Assembly (NCBI GenBank): GCA_963664815.2
Contig: CAXXHB010000003.1
Span: forward strand, 4,128,001 to 4,192,000
Direction: 5' to 3'
Source of the DNA: Spirochaetota bacterium
Lineage (GTDB): Bacteria; Spirochaetota; UBA4802; UBA5550
DNA length: 64,000 bases
The translations under genes were made by a program, and so were the position numbers. Of this stretch, positions 29,860 to 42,071 are shown in pieces; the stretch's first letter is position 1, and each line of letters begins with the position of its first letter. The notes below the pieces were generated by a model. That model saw only the letters and a list, made by a program, of their open reading frames with translations. It was not told the origin of the DNA and searched no databases.

Positions 29860-31737
29860 TTATATCTTTCCATGTTCTGATAACAAACTGTAATACCTGT
29901 CTATTACTGACGTCAGCTGCTTTACACTCACAGGTTTTTGCAGATATTCATCAGCTCCGGAACTGAAAAAAGAAGATTTCTCTTCATTTGACGTATATGC
30001 TGAAATTATTGCTATCAGGCATTGTGTGCCTTTTTTTCTCTCCTCACTACGGATTCTTTTCAGCGTCTCAAGCCCATTCATGAAAGGCATCTGTGCGTCA
30101 AGGAATATAACATCATAAGCATTCATCTCCCATAATCTGAAAGCTTCAATTCCGTTATTAACATGCGTTACTTCATTTGATATTTTTTCAAGTATTGTTT
30201 TAATATAAATGGCACTTACCCGGTCATCCTCAGCAAAAAGAATTTTCAGCGGGCTTCTCCCCCTTCCTTCATGATGCGGGGCTTCAATTGAAATCAATTT
30301 TTCTCTATCTATGCAGCCTGGTTCATCACTGCTCTTTTCATAAAAAAGTGTGACCTTGAAAGATGAGCCTTTCCCCTCTTTTGAATCAACCGTAATTACA
30401 CCGCCGGAAAGCTGCACCAGATCTTTGACAATTGCAAGGCCAAGCCCGGTACCTTTTGTATTTCGTAATCCGGAAGAATTTACCTGGTAAAAGTAATCAA
30501 AGATACGGTTAAGACTTTCTTCAGGAATGCCGGCACCTGTATCAGCTATTTCAATTGTCAGGGAGATATTGTCCTCGGACATATTTTCCAGTTTTGTCCA
30601 CAGTCTTATGTTCCCTTTTTCTGTATATTTAACTGCATTTCCCAGGAGATTTGTCACAATATGTCTTAAGACCTTTGGATCACCCGTTACAATGCAGTCA
30701 CTATTTGCCTGATCTTTGCTGTAAACAAAATCCAAACCCTTTTCCCCTGCACTGATTTTAAAAATTCTGACAAGCATATCAAGCACATCTATGGGACTGA
30801 AGGCCTCACTCTCTATTGAATATTTTCCTGCCTCAATCCTTGATATATCGAGAAGCTGATCTATTGTTTCAAGAAGGTACTCCGATGATGATTTTATCAG
30901 TCCGATATATTCCTTTTGTAAATCGCTGCTGCCTGATTTCCCCATGAGATGGGTTATTCCTATTATACCGGTTATCGGTGTCCGGATTTCATGAGTTATG
31001 TTAGCAAGAAATCTGCTTTTTGTTTTATTTGCATCTTCCGCCGCCTCGATAGCTTCATGAAGTTTTTGATTGTTTTTTATTTCATTTTTTTTATCACGAT
31101 ATATTATAACAAAAATGATAATAAGAAGTATTGTGATAACCGAAGAATTCATGATATTCCTGGCAAGATACTCCCGCATTCCATTATGTTCAAGTATTTC
31201 CGGTTCAGGTGTTGATAAACCAATTGTCCATGTATCATCTCCCACCTTTATAGATGACCAGGCAACCCATTCTCTCCCCTTTTCAGGAAGCCACAAATAC
31301 CAGCCTGACCCATCCGTAGCATTGATAACCCCATCAACAAGTTCATCATAATGACTTGCGCCTGATTTTTTCTGAATCTTAAAAATCTCCTTTATTGATT
31401 TATTACGATAAATATCGGGAAAATCTCCGCTCTTATCATATATCACATATCTTCTATTATATATCCACGCATCGCCGCTCCTGAAAAGAAGTACAGGATC
31501 AACAAAATATTTAAAAACTTCATCCTCTACTTCACTTTTATCTCTTCCAAGTTTAAGCAGATTATAACTGAACCATTTATTTGCAGAACGGGCTATTCCA
31601 CTTACAATATATTTTTCCAGTTCAACATGTGTGTTTATTACAAGATTTTTCCTGTCAATAAAACTGTTATACTGAAAAAAAATATTCAGAATAATAAGAA
31701 TTAATATAATAAAACCCGCCCAGAAAACCTGTTTCAT
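29860..31737 (-). CDS. Hybrid sensor histidine kinase/response regulator
   Basis: FLANITHEIRTP H-box, NLLGNAVKYT, DTGAGI, GTGLGL; REC domain with FLDAQMP; two TMs. Confidence 0.95.
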   Translation of the reverse strand: MKQVFWAGFIILILIILNIFFQYNSFIDRKNLVINTHVELEKYIVSGIARSANKWFSYNLLKLGRDKSEVEDEVFKYFVDPVLLFRSGDAWIYNRRYVIYDKSGDFPDIYRNKSIKEIFKIQKKSGASHYDELVDGVINATDGSGWYLWLPEKGREWVAWSSIKVGDDTWTIGLSTPEPEILEHNGMREYLARNIMNSSVITILLIIIFVIIYRDKKNEIKNNQKLHEAIEAAEDANKTKSRFLANITHEIRTPITGIIGITHLMGKSGSSDLQKEYIGLIKSSSEYLLETIDQLLDISRIEAGKYSIESEAFSPIDVLDMLVRIFKISAGEKGLDFVYSKDQANSDCIVTGDPKVLRHIVTNLLGNAVKYTEKGNIRLWTKLENMSEDNISLTIEIADTGAGIPEESLNRIFDYFYQVNSSGLRNTKGTGLGLAIVKDLVQLSGGVITVDSKEGKGSSFKVTLFYEKSSDEPGCIDREKLISIEAPHHEGRGRSPLKILFAEDDRVSAIYIKTILEKISNEVTHVNNGIEAFRLWEMNAYDVIFLDAQMPFMNGLETLKRIRSEERKKGTQCLIAIISAYTSNEEKSSFFSSGADEYLQKPVSVKQLTSVIDRYYSLLSEHGKI

Positions 31738-32084
31738 AAATAACTGTCTCCATATGTATAATATATTTTAACACATAAAATATGTAAATCTTTTACAGGT
31801 TAATTCGCTTTTAATTTTCATTTTAATGGTTACATTCTTAGAACATTACTTGATAATTAACTCTCCACAAATAATATTGTACCCCCTGATAATCATATAA
31901 AACAGTTAAACATGATTACGATCTTAAGCTGCATCTTCCTGTTGTAACAGCAATTGTTTTAATTATTTTATTGACTTTATCTTTAGCCGGACAGAATTAA
32001 ACTTTAATAAAGTTTTTCTTGTTTTTTACAGTTTAGATTTTTTACCGTCTGATCTACAGGAATATCCATTCAGGAAAATAAAAT

Positions 32085-34022
32085 ATGCAGAAAAAATCAA
32101 CATGCAGAATAATAAATCTCTATACAACAGGACTACTGTTAATAACTGCCCTCGCATCCGGGATAGATATCATTGTATGGAAAACGTTACTTGCATATCT
32201 TCATATCAGTTCTCCTTCATTGCCATATGCACTGATTCTGACAATATCCTATTACATGTTGTTAATTGCAATTCTTGTTATTGTTTTTCAGCTGCCATAC
32301 ATGCGGTGGCTGTTTTCAGCGGTTGCAGGAATACATATTGCTGTTTTCGTCTGCAATCATATGTATTTTTTTCAATATGCAGCTTTCATCAACCGGGAGG
32401 GGATTGAACTGTTATTTCAGAGTACCGGAGAAACTTTTACTTATATAAAAAACGGTATCAGTTTTTCACAATTCCTGATTTTCATGGTGATGCTTTCCAC
32501 TTCCGTATTGTGGGTTATACTCCTCCGGATTCTGTTAACTGCCGCATGCCGTTACATTGATATCAACAACAGTTTTCGCTTAAATATCTTAAATACTGTT
32601 TTCCCGGTTATATTTGTTATTACAGCAATCATACTTTATGTAATTGCCGGACTTACCATGTCACAGGAAAAAATACAGCAACTGAGGTCAGGCGGCACAA
32701 TGGCTTCCAATTTTTATCTGGTTCACAGGGGTTTACTCGAGGATGATACCTGTGGTTTTGCAACCGGTGACACCAAATTTCAAAAAACTTTCACCGATCC
32801 GGTTTCCATAGCAAAAAATAATTCCAATATCATATTGATAGTAATGGATTCAATCCGCGCTGATCATCTGCCAGATTACGGTTACAACCGTAATACCACA
32901 CCTTTTATCAAATCCTTGTCTAATGAGCTGATAAAGGTTCAGTACTGTTATTCACAGGCCAACGGTACAACAAAGTCCTTCCCATCCCTGCTTCTCAGCA
33001 GATACCCCTCCATGAAGTCTTCATATACAGACTGGGGGCTTGCAGATGAAATAAGCAGCAAAGGTTACTCTATTGCCATATCGAGCTCTATGGACCTTAA
33101 CTGGGCGGGAATTATTAAAATGTTCAACCACAGTTCAGTAAAAAAAATATTTCATGCCGGCATGATATCAGCCGAAAATCGCATCTGGGGGTTCAACCTG
33201 GCAAACAAGCTTAACTACGGTGTTGATGACGGATTTAATGTAAATGAAGTAAAAAGCTGGATAAATAAACTGCCGCAACCTTTTTTTCTTATCATCCACC
33301 TTCATACAGCTCATTATGCCTACATTGTCCCTCCGCAGTATGAAATTTTCAAACCGGTACCAAGACTCCCTTTCAGAGCCGCGCCACCATGGTCTCCAAT
33401 GCTTAATGCATATGATAATGCCATCTTCAGAGTGGATGATGCGGTTAAAGATCTCTTTTCCATATTTAAAGATGGTCAGTTTCTTGACAACTCGGTCATT
33501 GCCTTGACCTCAGATCACGGAGAGGCTTTTGACGAACATCCCGGTTCATATTATCATCAGACAACCGTATATGAATCACAGGTTCGTGTCCCATTATTTT
33601 TTTACATTGGCCGTAATGCATCAAGGGCCAAACTTCTTATCAGGCAGGGTAACAACAGAGTCACAGGGCTTGTTGACGTTATTCCTACATTGTACAAAGC
33701 GTCCGGACTCGGGTTGCCAGAGGAATTCCAGGGAGTACCTGTTTGGGGGAAAAGCAATAAATCATTTGAAACCATGATATCTTTTCTTGTAAGGAAAGAG
33801 TTCGGGATACGAATGAATAACTGGAAGTATATCCGAAACCTGAATGATTCCAGTTCAAAACTCTTTGATATTAAAGCTGACCCTGGAGAAAAAAATGACA
33901 TCGCCGGACAATACCCTGATGAAATTGAAGGATTCAACTCACTTTACAGATCAATAAGTGCTGCTGATTATAATCCTGGCAATTTCAATAAACTCGCAAT
34001 GCTTAAAATTAAACATGAATAA
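32085..34022 (+). CDS. Membrane-anchored sulfatase-like / LTA-synthase-family protein
   Basis: About five TMs; NIILIVMDSIRADHL, H..Y, YDNAI..VD, TSDHGE; Thr in place of the CxPxR motif. Confidence 0.85.
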   Translation: MQKKSTCRIINLYTTGLLLITALASGIDIIVWKTLLAYLHISSPSLPYALILTISYYMLLIAILVIVFQLPYMRWLFSAVAGIHIAVFVCNHMYFFQYAAFINREGIELLFQSTGETFTYIKNGISFSQFLIFMVMLSTSVLWVILLRILLTAACRYIDINNSFRLNILNTVFPVIFVITAIILYVIAGLTMSQEKIQQLRSGGTMASNFYLVHRGLLEDDTCGFATGDTKFQKTFTDPVSIAKNNSNIILIVMDSIRADHLPDYGYNRNTTPFIKSLSNELIKVQYCYSQANGTTKSFPSLLLSRYPSMKSSYTDWGLADEISSKGYSIAISSSMDLNWAGIIKMFNHSSVKKIFHAGMISAENRIWGFNLANKLNYGVDDGFNVNEVKSWINKLPQPFFLIIHLHTAHYAYIVPPQYEIFKPVPRLPFRAAPPWSPMLNAYDNAIFRVDDAVKDLFSIFKDGQFLDNSVIALTSDHGEAFDEHPGSYYHQTTVYESQVRVPLFFYIGRNASRAKLLIRQGNNRVTGLVDVIPTLYKASGLGLPEEFQGVPVWGKSNKSFETMISFLVRKEFGIRMNNWKYIRNLNDSSSKLFDIKADPGEKNDIAGQYPDEIEGFNSLYRSISAADYNPGNFNKLAMLKIKHE

Positions 34023-34201
34023 ATCTTTAACTCTACCCATAATACAATTATGATTAAAATTTATACTTGAATTTATATCGCTGTAATTAAACTACTATGT
34101 AGTTGACTTATATTGTGCCTTCTTTTATCGGTAGTACAAATTTGTGGGACACAAACCAATATTCAGAAATTTTCGTGATGTCCCTTATATAAGGAAATAT
34201 A

Positions 34202-35557
34202 ATGAGACAGGCAAGATCGCCACATATTCTCGGCACAGAAAATATCGGAAAACTGCTTTTTGAATACTCTCTGCCGGCAATAGTAGCAATGACGGCAACA
34301 TCTTTATATAATATCATAGACAGAATCTTTATCGGGCAGGGAGTGGGTCCTCTTGCTATCTCCGGCCTTGCCCTTACTCTCCCGCTTATGAACCTCGGTG
34401 TAGCTCTTGGTGCCCTTGTCGGTGCCGGGGCGGCAACCCTTGTTTCCATAAGGCTTGGCGAGAGACGCAGTGACGAGGCTTCTCTCATCCTTGGAAACAC
34501 GGTAATTCTTAACCTTATTATCAGCACACTCTACTCAATTTTGACACTCTTATTTCTTGATGAGATACTGTACATTTTCGGTGCAAGTGATGCGACTCTC
34601 CCTTACGCGAAAGAATTTATGCAGATAATACTTGCAGGAAACGTTTTTCTCCATTCTTACATGGGGCTCAACAATATAATGCGTTCATCAGGCTACCCGG
34701 GGAAAGCCATGATCATAACACTGATGACTGTCGGAATAAACATTATCCTCGCGCCGCTTTTTATCTTTATTTTCAAATGGGGAATACGCGGAGCCGCACT
34801 TGCTACAATGTTTGCACAGATCGCAGGGCTTATCGCTGTTGTTGTCCATTTCATTAAAAAAAGCAGCTTTCTGCGTTTTATGAAAGGGCATTTTAAGCTT
34901 AAACCTGAAATTATCCGCGGGATATTTACCATAGGGATGTCTCCATTTGTCATAAACCTCTGTGCCTGCCTTATTGTTATTATCATGAACCTGCAGCTTG
35001 TAAAGTACGGCGGGGATTATGCTGTTGGAGCTTACGGGATTATCAACTCGATACTGATGTGTATAGTGATGATTGTACTCGGACTCACGCAGGGTATGCA
35101 ACCCATCGCCGGTTACAATTACGGCGCCAGGCAGTTTGACAGGGTGAAAGGCGTTTTCAGAAAATCCGTTATAGCCGGGACATGCATAACAACAACAGGT
35201 TTTTTGTTTACAGAAATATTCCCCCGGCAGATAGTTCTTGCGTTTACCAGCAGCAATGATCTTGTGAATATTGCCATCCCCGGAATGCGTATTGCTCTTA
35301 TTATGTTTCCACTCGCGGGCTTTCAGATGGTAACTTCAAATTTTTTTCAGTCTATAGGAAGAGCGAAAATCTCTATATTCCTTACTTTATCGCGACAGGT
35401 AATATTTCTCATACCGGCATTATTAATACTTCCAGGCTTCCTGGGTCTTACAGGCATCTGGGCATCAATACCCTTTGCGGACTTTTTTTCATCTTTTACT
35501 ACATTCTTAATACTTAAAAACCAGTGGCCCGATATAGCTCATAAAAATGAAAAATAA
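34202..35557 (+). CDS. MATE family efflux transporter (MepA-like)
   Basis: LYNIIDRIFIG, GIRGAALAT, QPIAGYNYGA, RQVIFLIP. Confidence 0.93.
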   Translation: MRQARSPHILGTENIGKLLFEYSLPAIVAMTATSLYNIIDRIFIGQGVGPLAISGLALTLPLMNLGVALGALVGAGAATLVSIRLGERRSDEASLILGNTVILNLIISTLYSILTLLFLDEILYIFGASDATLPYAKEFMQIILAGNVFLHSYMGLNNIMRSSGYPGKAMIITLMTVGINIILAPLFIFIFKWGIRGAALATMFAQIAGLIAVVVHFIKKSSFLRFMKGHFKLKPEIIRGIFTIGMSPFVINLCACLIVIIMNLQLVKYGGDYAVGAYGIINSILMCIVMIVLGLTQGMQPIAGYNYGARQFDRVKGVFRKSVIAGTCITTTGFLFTEIFPRQIVLAFTSSNDLVNIAIPGMRIALIMFPLAGFQMVTSNFFQSIGRAKISIFLTLSRQVIFLIPALLILPGFLGLTGIWASIPFADFFSSFTTFLILKNQWPDIAHKNEK

Positions 35558-35690
35558 TTGAATCAATATTTCAGAATAGTCTCAAACCGGCGACTTGATT
35601 AATAAAGCTGACAACAGGTTTTATCAGGCAGATGAATTGCGGGCGGAAATTATAAAATGCTGCTTATAACATCGATTGCCTTATTATTAA

Positions 35691-35885
35691 TTGCTCTCAT
35701 TCTCTTTGTTGCCGGTAAAACTCATTTTCCATTACCGGAATTTACCGGGTCTCTGGCCGACATTCTCTGAGCCGGCCACAGTCATTCTCCAGTTATCTGT
35801 AATTGCCATGATTCTGATGCTGGTTTTCATGCGGAGCAAAGTAAATTTCAGATACTCCCTTGAATGGCTTATGCGCCATTTATAA
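35691..35885 (+). pseudogene. Possible remnant of a DUF418-like membrane protein C-terminus
   Basis: Ends ...FRYSLEWLMRHL, resembling the GPLEWLxR terminus; no RBS; TTG start. Confidence 0.3.
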
Positions 35886-35928
35886 GCAACTAATTAAGAT
35901 TTTTCAAACGCTGAACTTAATTGATTTA

Positions 35929-37701
35929 TTAAATCTTAAAAAATGAAACTCTGCTGTTCAGTGTTTCGGCCATTTTTGACAGATCCCTTGCCGTTGAAGC
36001 CATCTCCTCAGCTCCGGAGGCGCTGGACTGAGTAATTTCACTGATTCTTGTTATCACGTTTACCACATCCTCCATGGCCATTTTCTGCTGCCCGGTTCTT
36101 GATCTTATCTCATCGGCCATGTCACGGAGTTTTTCTGCACCGGAATTTACCTCTTCGTTTGTCCTTACCTGCCCTGTCATTATCTCAGCGAGAGTTTTAA
36201 TCATATCATTTATGGACCCTACTCCATTCACTATATCACCAATACGGTTATTTGCCATCCCGAGTTTCTCAATACCACCGGAAATTTCATTATAGTTTGC
36301 TTTTATTAATCTGTCAATGTCCTTGATGCTGCCCGCTGTCAGATCAGCAAGTTTGGATATCTCATCTGCAACTACGGCAAATCCTCTCCCTGCTTCTCCG
36401 GCCCTCGCAGATTCTATTGCAGCGTTAAGGGACAGAAGATTTATCTTGTCTGATATATCATTTATTATCGATACTATGCCGTCCATCTCCTTCGAGCTTG
36501 CCTGTATCTTTGTCATTGTTTCATTCATTTCATTTAAAGATTTAATGCCGTAATTGCTGTTCTCCGCTATCCTAAGGGTAATATCTCTGGATTCATTAAT
36601 CTTTACCCCCAGATTTGCGACTTCAACTGTAAGTGTTTTAATTTTAGACTGAAGCGCCAGCAAATCAGACGCCTGGTTCGCTGCAAGTGAAGCAACATTG
36701 TCAACCTCTGCAGAAATTTCTTCTACACTTGCGGTCGCCTCCTGAGCTGAGGAAGCCTGGCTTTGACTGTTTCCGGAAAAACCTTCGGCTGAAACCGACA
36801 TTTCTGCTGATGACGCGGAAAGGTTATCGGCTATTGATCTGACATCTTTTATTACACTCGCAATATTTCCTGTAAAACCGTTAAATGCTGCTGACAGCTC
36901 GTACAGTTCATCACGTGAATCAAAATTAATTCTTCTTGTGAGGTCACCCTCCCCTTCAGCAAGGTCCCTGAAAGCAGCAACAAGTCTTCCAACAGGTTTT
37001 GTTATAAACATTCCGGCGTAATGTCTTGCAGTAATCATGGAGAAAAAAACCAGCGCAGCAAATACAACCAGAGATATTAATAGTTTCTCTTTTATATCGT
37101 CCGAATAATATTTCTCCTCCTGAGCTATGGTTGCCTCAATATCATCAAGGTAATTTCCTGTTCCTGTTACCCACTGAAAAGGCTCAAAACTCATGGAATA
37201 TCCCCTCTTTGGGAAAGGAACATTTCCCCCCGCCTTTGTGAAAAAGAAATCGGTGAAACCTCCACCGGGTTTACGGCCATTTTCAATAATTTCTTTTATC
37301 AGAAGCTTGCCTTTAATGTCCTTGGAATCGATTCGGAGCTTCCCTTCGATTTCAGGCTTATAGGCATGCATGACATTTACCCCTTCATATGTATCAATCC
37401 AGAAATATCCCTCCTTACCGTATCGTATATTTCTTACAAGTTCCTTTCCCTGATATTTTGCTTCTTCCAGGGATATCTTTCCAGCTTTGTGGAGCTTATA
37501 TAAACCATCAAGCATACTTACAACATTTTGAACCTGATGTTTTATATCCTCGTCATAACTTGCCATTAATACGCGCCTGAATTCGGCAACGCTTTCATTT
37601 TTCAATCTGTATAGATGGTAGATATAAAATCCCTGATATAAAAAAAGTGATACGAGGCAGCTTGCAGCTGTAATCAGAATTATTTTCTTTTCAATCTTCA
37701 T
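35929..37701 (-). CDS. Methyl-accepting chemotaxis protein (Cache + HAMP)
   Basis: RYGKEGYFW Cache domain, GDLTRRI...[34 protein letters not shown]. Confidence 0.96.
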   Translation of the reverse strand: MKIEKKIILITAASCLVSLFLYQGFYIYHLYRLKNESVAEFRRVLMASYDEDIKHQVQNVVSMLDGLYKLHKAGKISLEEAKYQGKELVRNIRYGKEGYFWIDTYEGVNVMHAYKPEIEGKLRIDSKDIKGKLLIKEIIENGRKPGGGFTDFFFTKAGGNVPFPKRGYSMSFEPFQWVTGTGNYLDDIEATIAQEEKYYSDDIKEKLLISLVVFAALVFFSMITARHYAGMFITKPVGRLVAAFRDLAEGEGDLTRRINFDSRDELYELSAAFNGFTGNIASVIKDVRSIADNLSASSAEMSVSAEGFSGNSQSQASSAQEATASVEEISAEVDNVASLAANQASDLLALQSKIKTLTVEVANLGVKINESRDITLRIAENSNYGIKSLNEMNETMTKIQASSKEMDGIVSIINDISDKINLLSLNAAIESARAGEAGRGFAVVADEISKLADLTAGSIKDIDRLIKANYNEISGGIEKLGMANNRIGDIVNGVGSINDMIKTLAEIMTGQVRTNEEVNSGAEKLRDMADEIRSRTGQQKMAMEDVVNVITRISEITQSSASGAEEMASTARDLSKMAETLNSRVSFFKI

Positions 37702-37860
37702 AGCATTTTCCTCTTTTCAGAAAATAAATCTTTTCTGTTATAGACCTTTGAACAGTTAATCATAAAGAATCTGATAAATGTTAAAGGTCAATATCTTTTA
37801 TTATTACAGAATATTTATTTTGCATATAAATTTATAATTTTAAATTTCGCCCCAGATTTT

Positions 37861-39504
37861 TTATATCCTCCTGATAATATCAGATATGTAAGGCATAAGC
37901 TGCTTTTTCCTTGAGAGTACATCTTTAAGAAAATATATATGATCTGAGTACTTTGGGTACTCTATTTTTTTTATAAACTCCTCCCCCCCTTTAATAAAAA
38001 GATAGCTGCTCAGGATATGCAGATCTGTCACAAGAAGTGAGCAGAAAAGATAGCCCTTCTGTTCAGAAAGATCCTCCATGCAGGATAGTATAGACTCAGC
38101 TCTCTCCATAATCTCGTCAGGATCATTTACCTCAACCTGACTTACAGTGAAAGAGTACACTCCTTCACTGTATATCTTCATATCCATGTTGATGATCTCT
38201 TCAACAGGCTTTACACTTATCAGTGACGAAGATTCAACTATCTCCCTTCCGAATTCATCAATATCCAGATCAGTTATATTAGATAAAAGCTCGGCAGTAT
38301 CCCTGTCAATGTCCGTTGTTGTAGATGACCTTAGAATAAGCGTATCAGACAGTATACCTCCAAGCAGAATTGATGCTATATCCTTTTTTACAGGAATCAT
38401 ACAATCTCTGTAAAGATTAGCGATTATTGTCGAAGTGGAACCCACAGGTTTGTTGATAAATGTAATAGGATAGTTTGTTGGTGGATTTCCAAGCCTGTGG
38501 TGATCTATAATTTCAAGAATTCGTATACTTTTAATTCCATCAATCCCCTGAGACAGTTCATTATGATCAACAAGAATAACTCCCACATTCGGTTCCTTCA
38601 TTAAATCACTCTGGGAAATTACTCCGATAACCTTCATCTCCTCATCAACAACAGGGAGAGACCTGGAGACAGAGTCCTGAAATCTCTCCCTTATATTTCT
38701 GATATATTCATCAGCATCAACCGGCTTAAGTGTCATATCGCCTACGTGCTTCACCGGGATGGAATGAAGTGCCAGCCATGATGTGCTCGCGCTGTTAAAT
38801 GGAGTAATAATCACAGCCACTCCGTGTCTGGTGGCAAGCTCCTTCATTTCCTTAGTTATCATTTTCCCAGCTGTTACAATCAGCACCCTGACACCTTTAT
38901 CTATTACATATCTCTGAATATCCTGCCGGTCTCCCACTATGACAATTGAATTTTCCGCCGGCATAACATCAACAAACTCTCTCAGGGTTTCAATCTCCGA
39001 AGCTGCCACAACAATCTGCGCGCTGAAAATCTCACTTCTATTATTTTCCACAACCTGCTGAGCCCTCAGTGTCCTGACAAGATTAGCTTCAGATGTGAAA
39101 ATTATGCTGTTCTTCTGTGGATCAATTTTTTTTAGTATATTCTCCGCGAATGTATTAAAATGAAGAGTTGACACATATTTATTCTCTTCATCTATAAGCG
39201 GAATCATCCTGAACTTGTTTGCTGTGAGTATCTGCATGGCGTCCCATAGTGGAGTATCAAGAGGAAGAGTGACAGGCTCTTCGCTCATATGATTTTTTAC
39301 TTTCGGGATCAGATTGCTTAAAAATTCAGGCTGCGGAATTTTAAACCGATTCAGGATATACTCAGTCTGGAGATTCATTTTGCCTCCCCTGGCAGGAAAT
39401 ACATTGTCTTCACCAAGCGCCCGCTTTAATTCGGCATAAGCAATTGCCGATACAACCGAATCTGTATCCGGATTTTTATGCCCTATTACATAAATTCTTT
39501 TCAT
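37861..39504 (-). CDS. ppaC: Mn-dependent inorganic pyrophosphatase (family II) with CBS/DRTGG insert
   Basis: GHKNPDTDS, LVDHNE, IIDHHR, ILSDTL, SRKKQ; VGDR and CBS segments. Confidence 0.93.
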   Translation of the reverse strand: MKRIYVIGHKNPDTDSVVSAIAYAELKRALGEDNVFPARGGKMNLQTEYILNRFKIPQPEFLSNLIPKVKNHMSEEPVTLPLDTPLWDAMQILTANKFRMIPLIDEENKYVSTLHFNTFAENILKKIDPQKNSIIFTSEANLVRTLRAQQVVENNRSEIFSAQIVVAASEIETLREFVDVMPAENSIVIVGDRQDIQRYVIDKGVRVLIVTAGKMITKEMKELATRHGVAVIITPFNSASTSWLALHSIPVKHVGDMTLKPVDADEYIRNIRERFQDSVSRSLPVVDEEMKVIGVISQSDLMKEPNVGVILVDHNELSQGIDGIKSIRILEIIDHHRLGNPPTNYPITFINKPVGSTSTIIANLYRDCMIPVKKDIASILLGGILSDTLILRSSTTTDIDRDTAELLSNITDLDIDEFGREIVESSSLISVKPVEEIINMDMKIYSEGVYSFTVSQVEVNDPDEIMERAESILSCMEDLSEQKGYLFCSLLVTDLHILSSYLFIKGGEEFIKKIEYPKYSDHIYFLKDVLSRKKQLMPYISDIIRRI

Positions 39505-39829
39505 TTCCGTCTGTCTCCTGCCAGCTGGTTTACTACACCCTATATAATATAGTTAAAATATTTGTAAATACTATATAATGGCATGAAAGCTGATAAGCCC
39601 TTTTACAAATTTCACCATGTACTATAAAAATATATTTGCGAAATATAGACTTCCAGCTATATTGTAACTGTAAACATATGCTGATAATATAATTAATTTT
39701 CATAATGTAGATGTTTCAACAATGATATCTGCCTGCAAATCCCTGCTGGCAGAAATTTAATACAACTCTTATTGACAAAAAATGAATGTTTTTTATTATA
39801 CTCAATGATTTTAAGATACAGGAATTAAC

Positions 39830-40120
39830 ATGAGACAAAAATACGAACTTAAACTTAAACCGATCGATACTGCAAACGCCGATAACCTTCGTATTTATGA
39901 GATGCTGAAAAAATCGTGCGATGGACTTAACAGCTACCTTGCTGATTTTTTTGAAACCATAGAAATATTGAGAGAAAAAAAAGATAAAACCTCATCTGAG
40001 CAGATGGAAACCGAATCAAGCATAGAATTTGTCCTGGCTAAAATAGATGAGGTCACATCTTCCATGAAAACAATTGCGGAGGATATGCCTTCGCTGATTG
40101 AACTGAAAGAATATGAATAG
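39830..40120 (+). CDS. Hypothetical helical protein
   Basis: AGGA RBS; upstream TTGACA-16 nt-TATTAT. Confidence 0.65.
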   Translation: MRQKYELKLKPIDTANADNLRIYEMLKKSCDGLNSYLADFFETIEILREKKDKTSSEQMETESSIEFVLAKIDEVTSSMKTIAEDMPSLIELKEYE

Positions 40121-40122
40121 TT

Positions 40123-40680
40123 TTATTCAATATTAAAAGTTCCACCACTCCATTTAATTCTCAGAAGAATTTTACCACTCTCTTCATCGGCAATATTAAT
40201 TCCCTTTCCATCTTCCGGAAGGACAAATTCATACCCGTCACTAACACCTGCAGCTTTTTCTATTTCTTCGGATGAAGGAAAAAGGCCATCTCCGTCATTT
40301 TTCATAATCCTGCCATCATTTACAAAAAAGAAATCCAGTCTTCTGCACATACATCCAGCACTGCATCTTACGTTTACTGCGAAAACCGAGATACCCATAT
40401 ATTCATCGGTAAAGAGTACTGTCTCTATCGGAATATTTCCATCCATTGTTGTTGCATGAATATATCCCTTTTTCAAATCCTTCTTTTTAATTCTTGATAA
40501 CTTATCCTTCTGCTTCAGAATATTTTCTGTCTCACATTGAAAATACTCGTCAGGAAGCTGAAGATAGTAATCAAGTACTGTTTTCTCCATAGCTGCTGCT
40601 GTAACCGGAACAGTTTCAATGAATGAAAAATAACCTGTTACTATTAATGCTGACAAAATAAAACCAAGAAACTTTTTCAT
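40123..40680 (-). CDS. Hypothetical secreted protein
   Basis: GGGGGA RBS, signal peptide, VLDYYLQLP and CxxxCxC motifs. Confidence 0.75.
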   Translation of the reverse strand: MKKFLGFILSALIVTGYFSFIETVPVTAAAMEKTVLDYYLQLPDEYFQCETENILKQKDKLSRIKKKDLKKGYIHATTMDGNIPIETVLFTDEYMGISVFAVNVRCSAGCMCRRLDFFFVNDGRIMKNDGDGLFPSSEEIEKAAGVSDGYEFVLPEDGKGINIADEESGKILLRIKWSGGTFNIE

Positions 40681-40762
40681 AAAATCCCCCTTTAATAATG
40701 AAGGTGCCCTCAGTCATATGTGGCAGAGATAAATATATTTTACAAATCAACTTTGCCCGTTC

Positions 40763-42052
40763 TTATAAAATTTCTGTCAAAGATGCTTCAATCGCCTTAA
40801 TTGTTTTTTCTATATCATCTTCTGAATGTGATGATGACAGGAATCCGACTTCGTATCCTGATGGAGAAAGATAAACACCTTTTTTAAGCATTGCGGCATG
40901 GAACTCTCCGAAAAGTTTCATGTTGCACTCTCTAACATGGTCAACGGTTGTAAGGTTATTATTGCCGGTGAAATAGAGGCAGAAAATTGACTCAATACTC
41001 CGGAACTGTACCCTGTCGCTGAACCTGCCAATTACTGATGAAATTTTATCACAGAATATTTTTCCTTTAACAGAAAGTTCATTATAGAAATTTTTTTCGT
41101 TGAGTCTCTTCATTGTTGCAATACCTGCTGCCATCGCAAGCGGATTGCCCGAAAGAGTTCCCGCCTGATACACAGGACCCTCGGGAGCAATTTTTGCCAT
41201 TATATCTTTTCTCCCGCCGTATGCACCCACAGGTAAACCGCCGCCGAGTATTTTCCCAAGCGTTGTGAGGTCAGGCTTAATATCGAAGTACTCCTGCGCT
41301 CCGCCACTCGCAAGCCTGAAACCGGTAATAACTTCGTCAAATATCAATACCACATCGTATTTATCACAGAGTGCCCTCACACCTTTAAGATATCCTTCAT
41401 TGGGGAGGATAAGACCGTAATTGCACGGCACCGGTTCAAGTATAATGGCCGCAACATTTCCCTTCTCTCTCTCCAGTAAGGCTTCAAGGGCTTCCGGATT
41501 ATTATACGGAATAACCATTGTATCCTTCGCGTTTCCCTTAGTCACCCCTGCCGAATCGGGGGTACCGAAAGTAGCAAGACCTGATCCAGCCGCAACAAGG
41601 AGAAAATCTGCATGACCATGATAACACCCGTCGAGTTTAATTATTTTATCCCTTCCGGTAAAACCCCGCGCAAGTCTTATCGCGCTCATTGTTGCTTCTG
41701 TTCCAGAACTGACGAAACGGACCTTCTCTATCGATGGAACCATCGATATAACCAGCTCCGCCAGCTCAATCTCAAACCTGTGAGGAGTCCCAAAACTTGT
41801 GCCATGTTTCGCAGTACTGCACACTGTGTCGACAATATCAGAGTCGGCATGACCCAGTATAAGTGGCCCCCATGACATGCAGTAGTCTATATATTCATTT
41901 CCATCTTCGTCCACAATATGGCTCCCCTTTCCCTCTTTCATGAAAAGAGGTGTACCGCCAACAGATTTAAAAGCCCTGACCGGAGAATCAACACCGCCGG
42001 GAAGAAGTTCCAACGCCTTTTTAAAAAGATTTTCTGAATTCTGTTTTTGCAT
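40763..42052 (-). CDS. hemL: Glutamate-1-semialdehyde 2,1-aminomutase
   Basis: PGGVDSPVRAF, SWGPLILGH, SGTEATMSAIR, DEVITGFR, YQAGTLSGNP. Confidence 0.97.
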   Translation of the reverse strand: MQKQNSENLFKKALELLPGGVDSPVRAFKSVGGTPLFMKEGKGSHIVDEDGNEYIDYCMSWGPLILGHADSDIVDTVCSTAKHGTSFGTPHRFEIELAELVISMVPSIEKVRFVSSGTEATMSAIRLARGFTGRDKIIKLDGCYHGHADFLLVAAGSGLATFGTPDSAGVTKGNAKDTMVIPYNNPEALEALLEREKGNVAAIILEPVPCNYGLILPNEGYLKGVRALCDKYDVVLIFDEVITGFRLASGGAQEYFDIKPDLTTLGKILGGGLPVGAYGGRKDIMAKIAPEGPVYQAGTLSGNPLAMAAGIATMKRLNEKNFYNELSVKGKIFCDKISSVIGRFSDRVQFRSIESIFCLYFTGNNNLTTVDHVRECNMKLFGEFHAAMLKKGVYLSPSGYEVGFLSSSHSEDDIEKTIKAIEASLTEIL

Positions 42053-42071
42053 TAAAATGTACCTCTTGAAT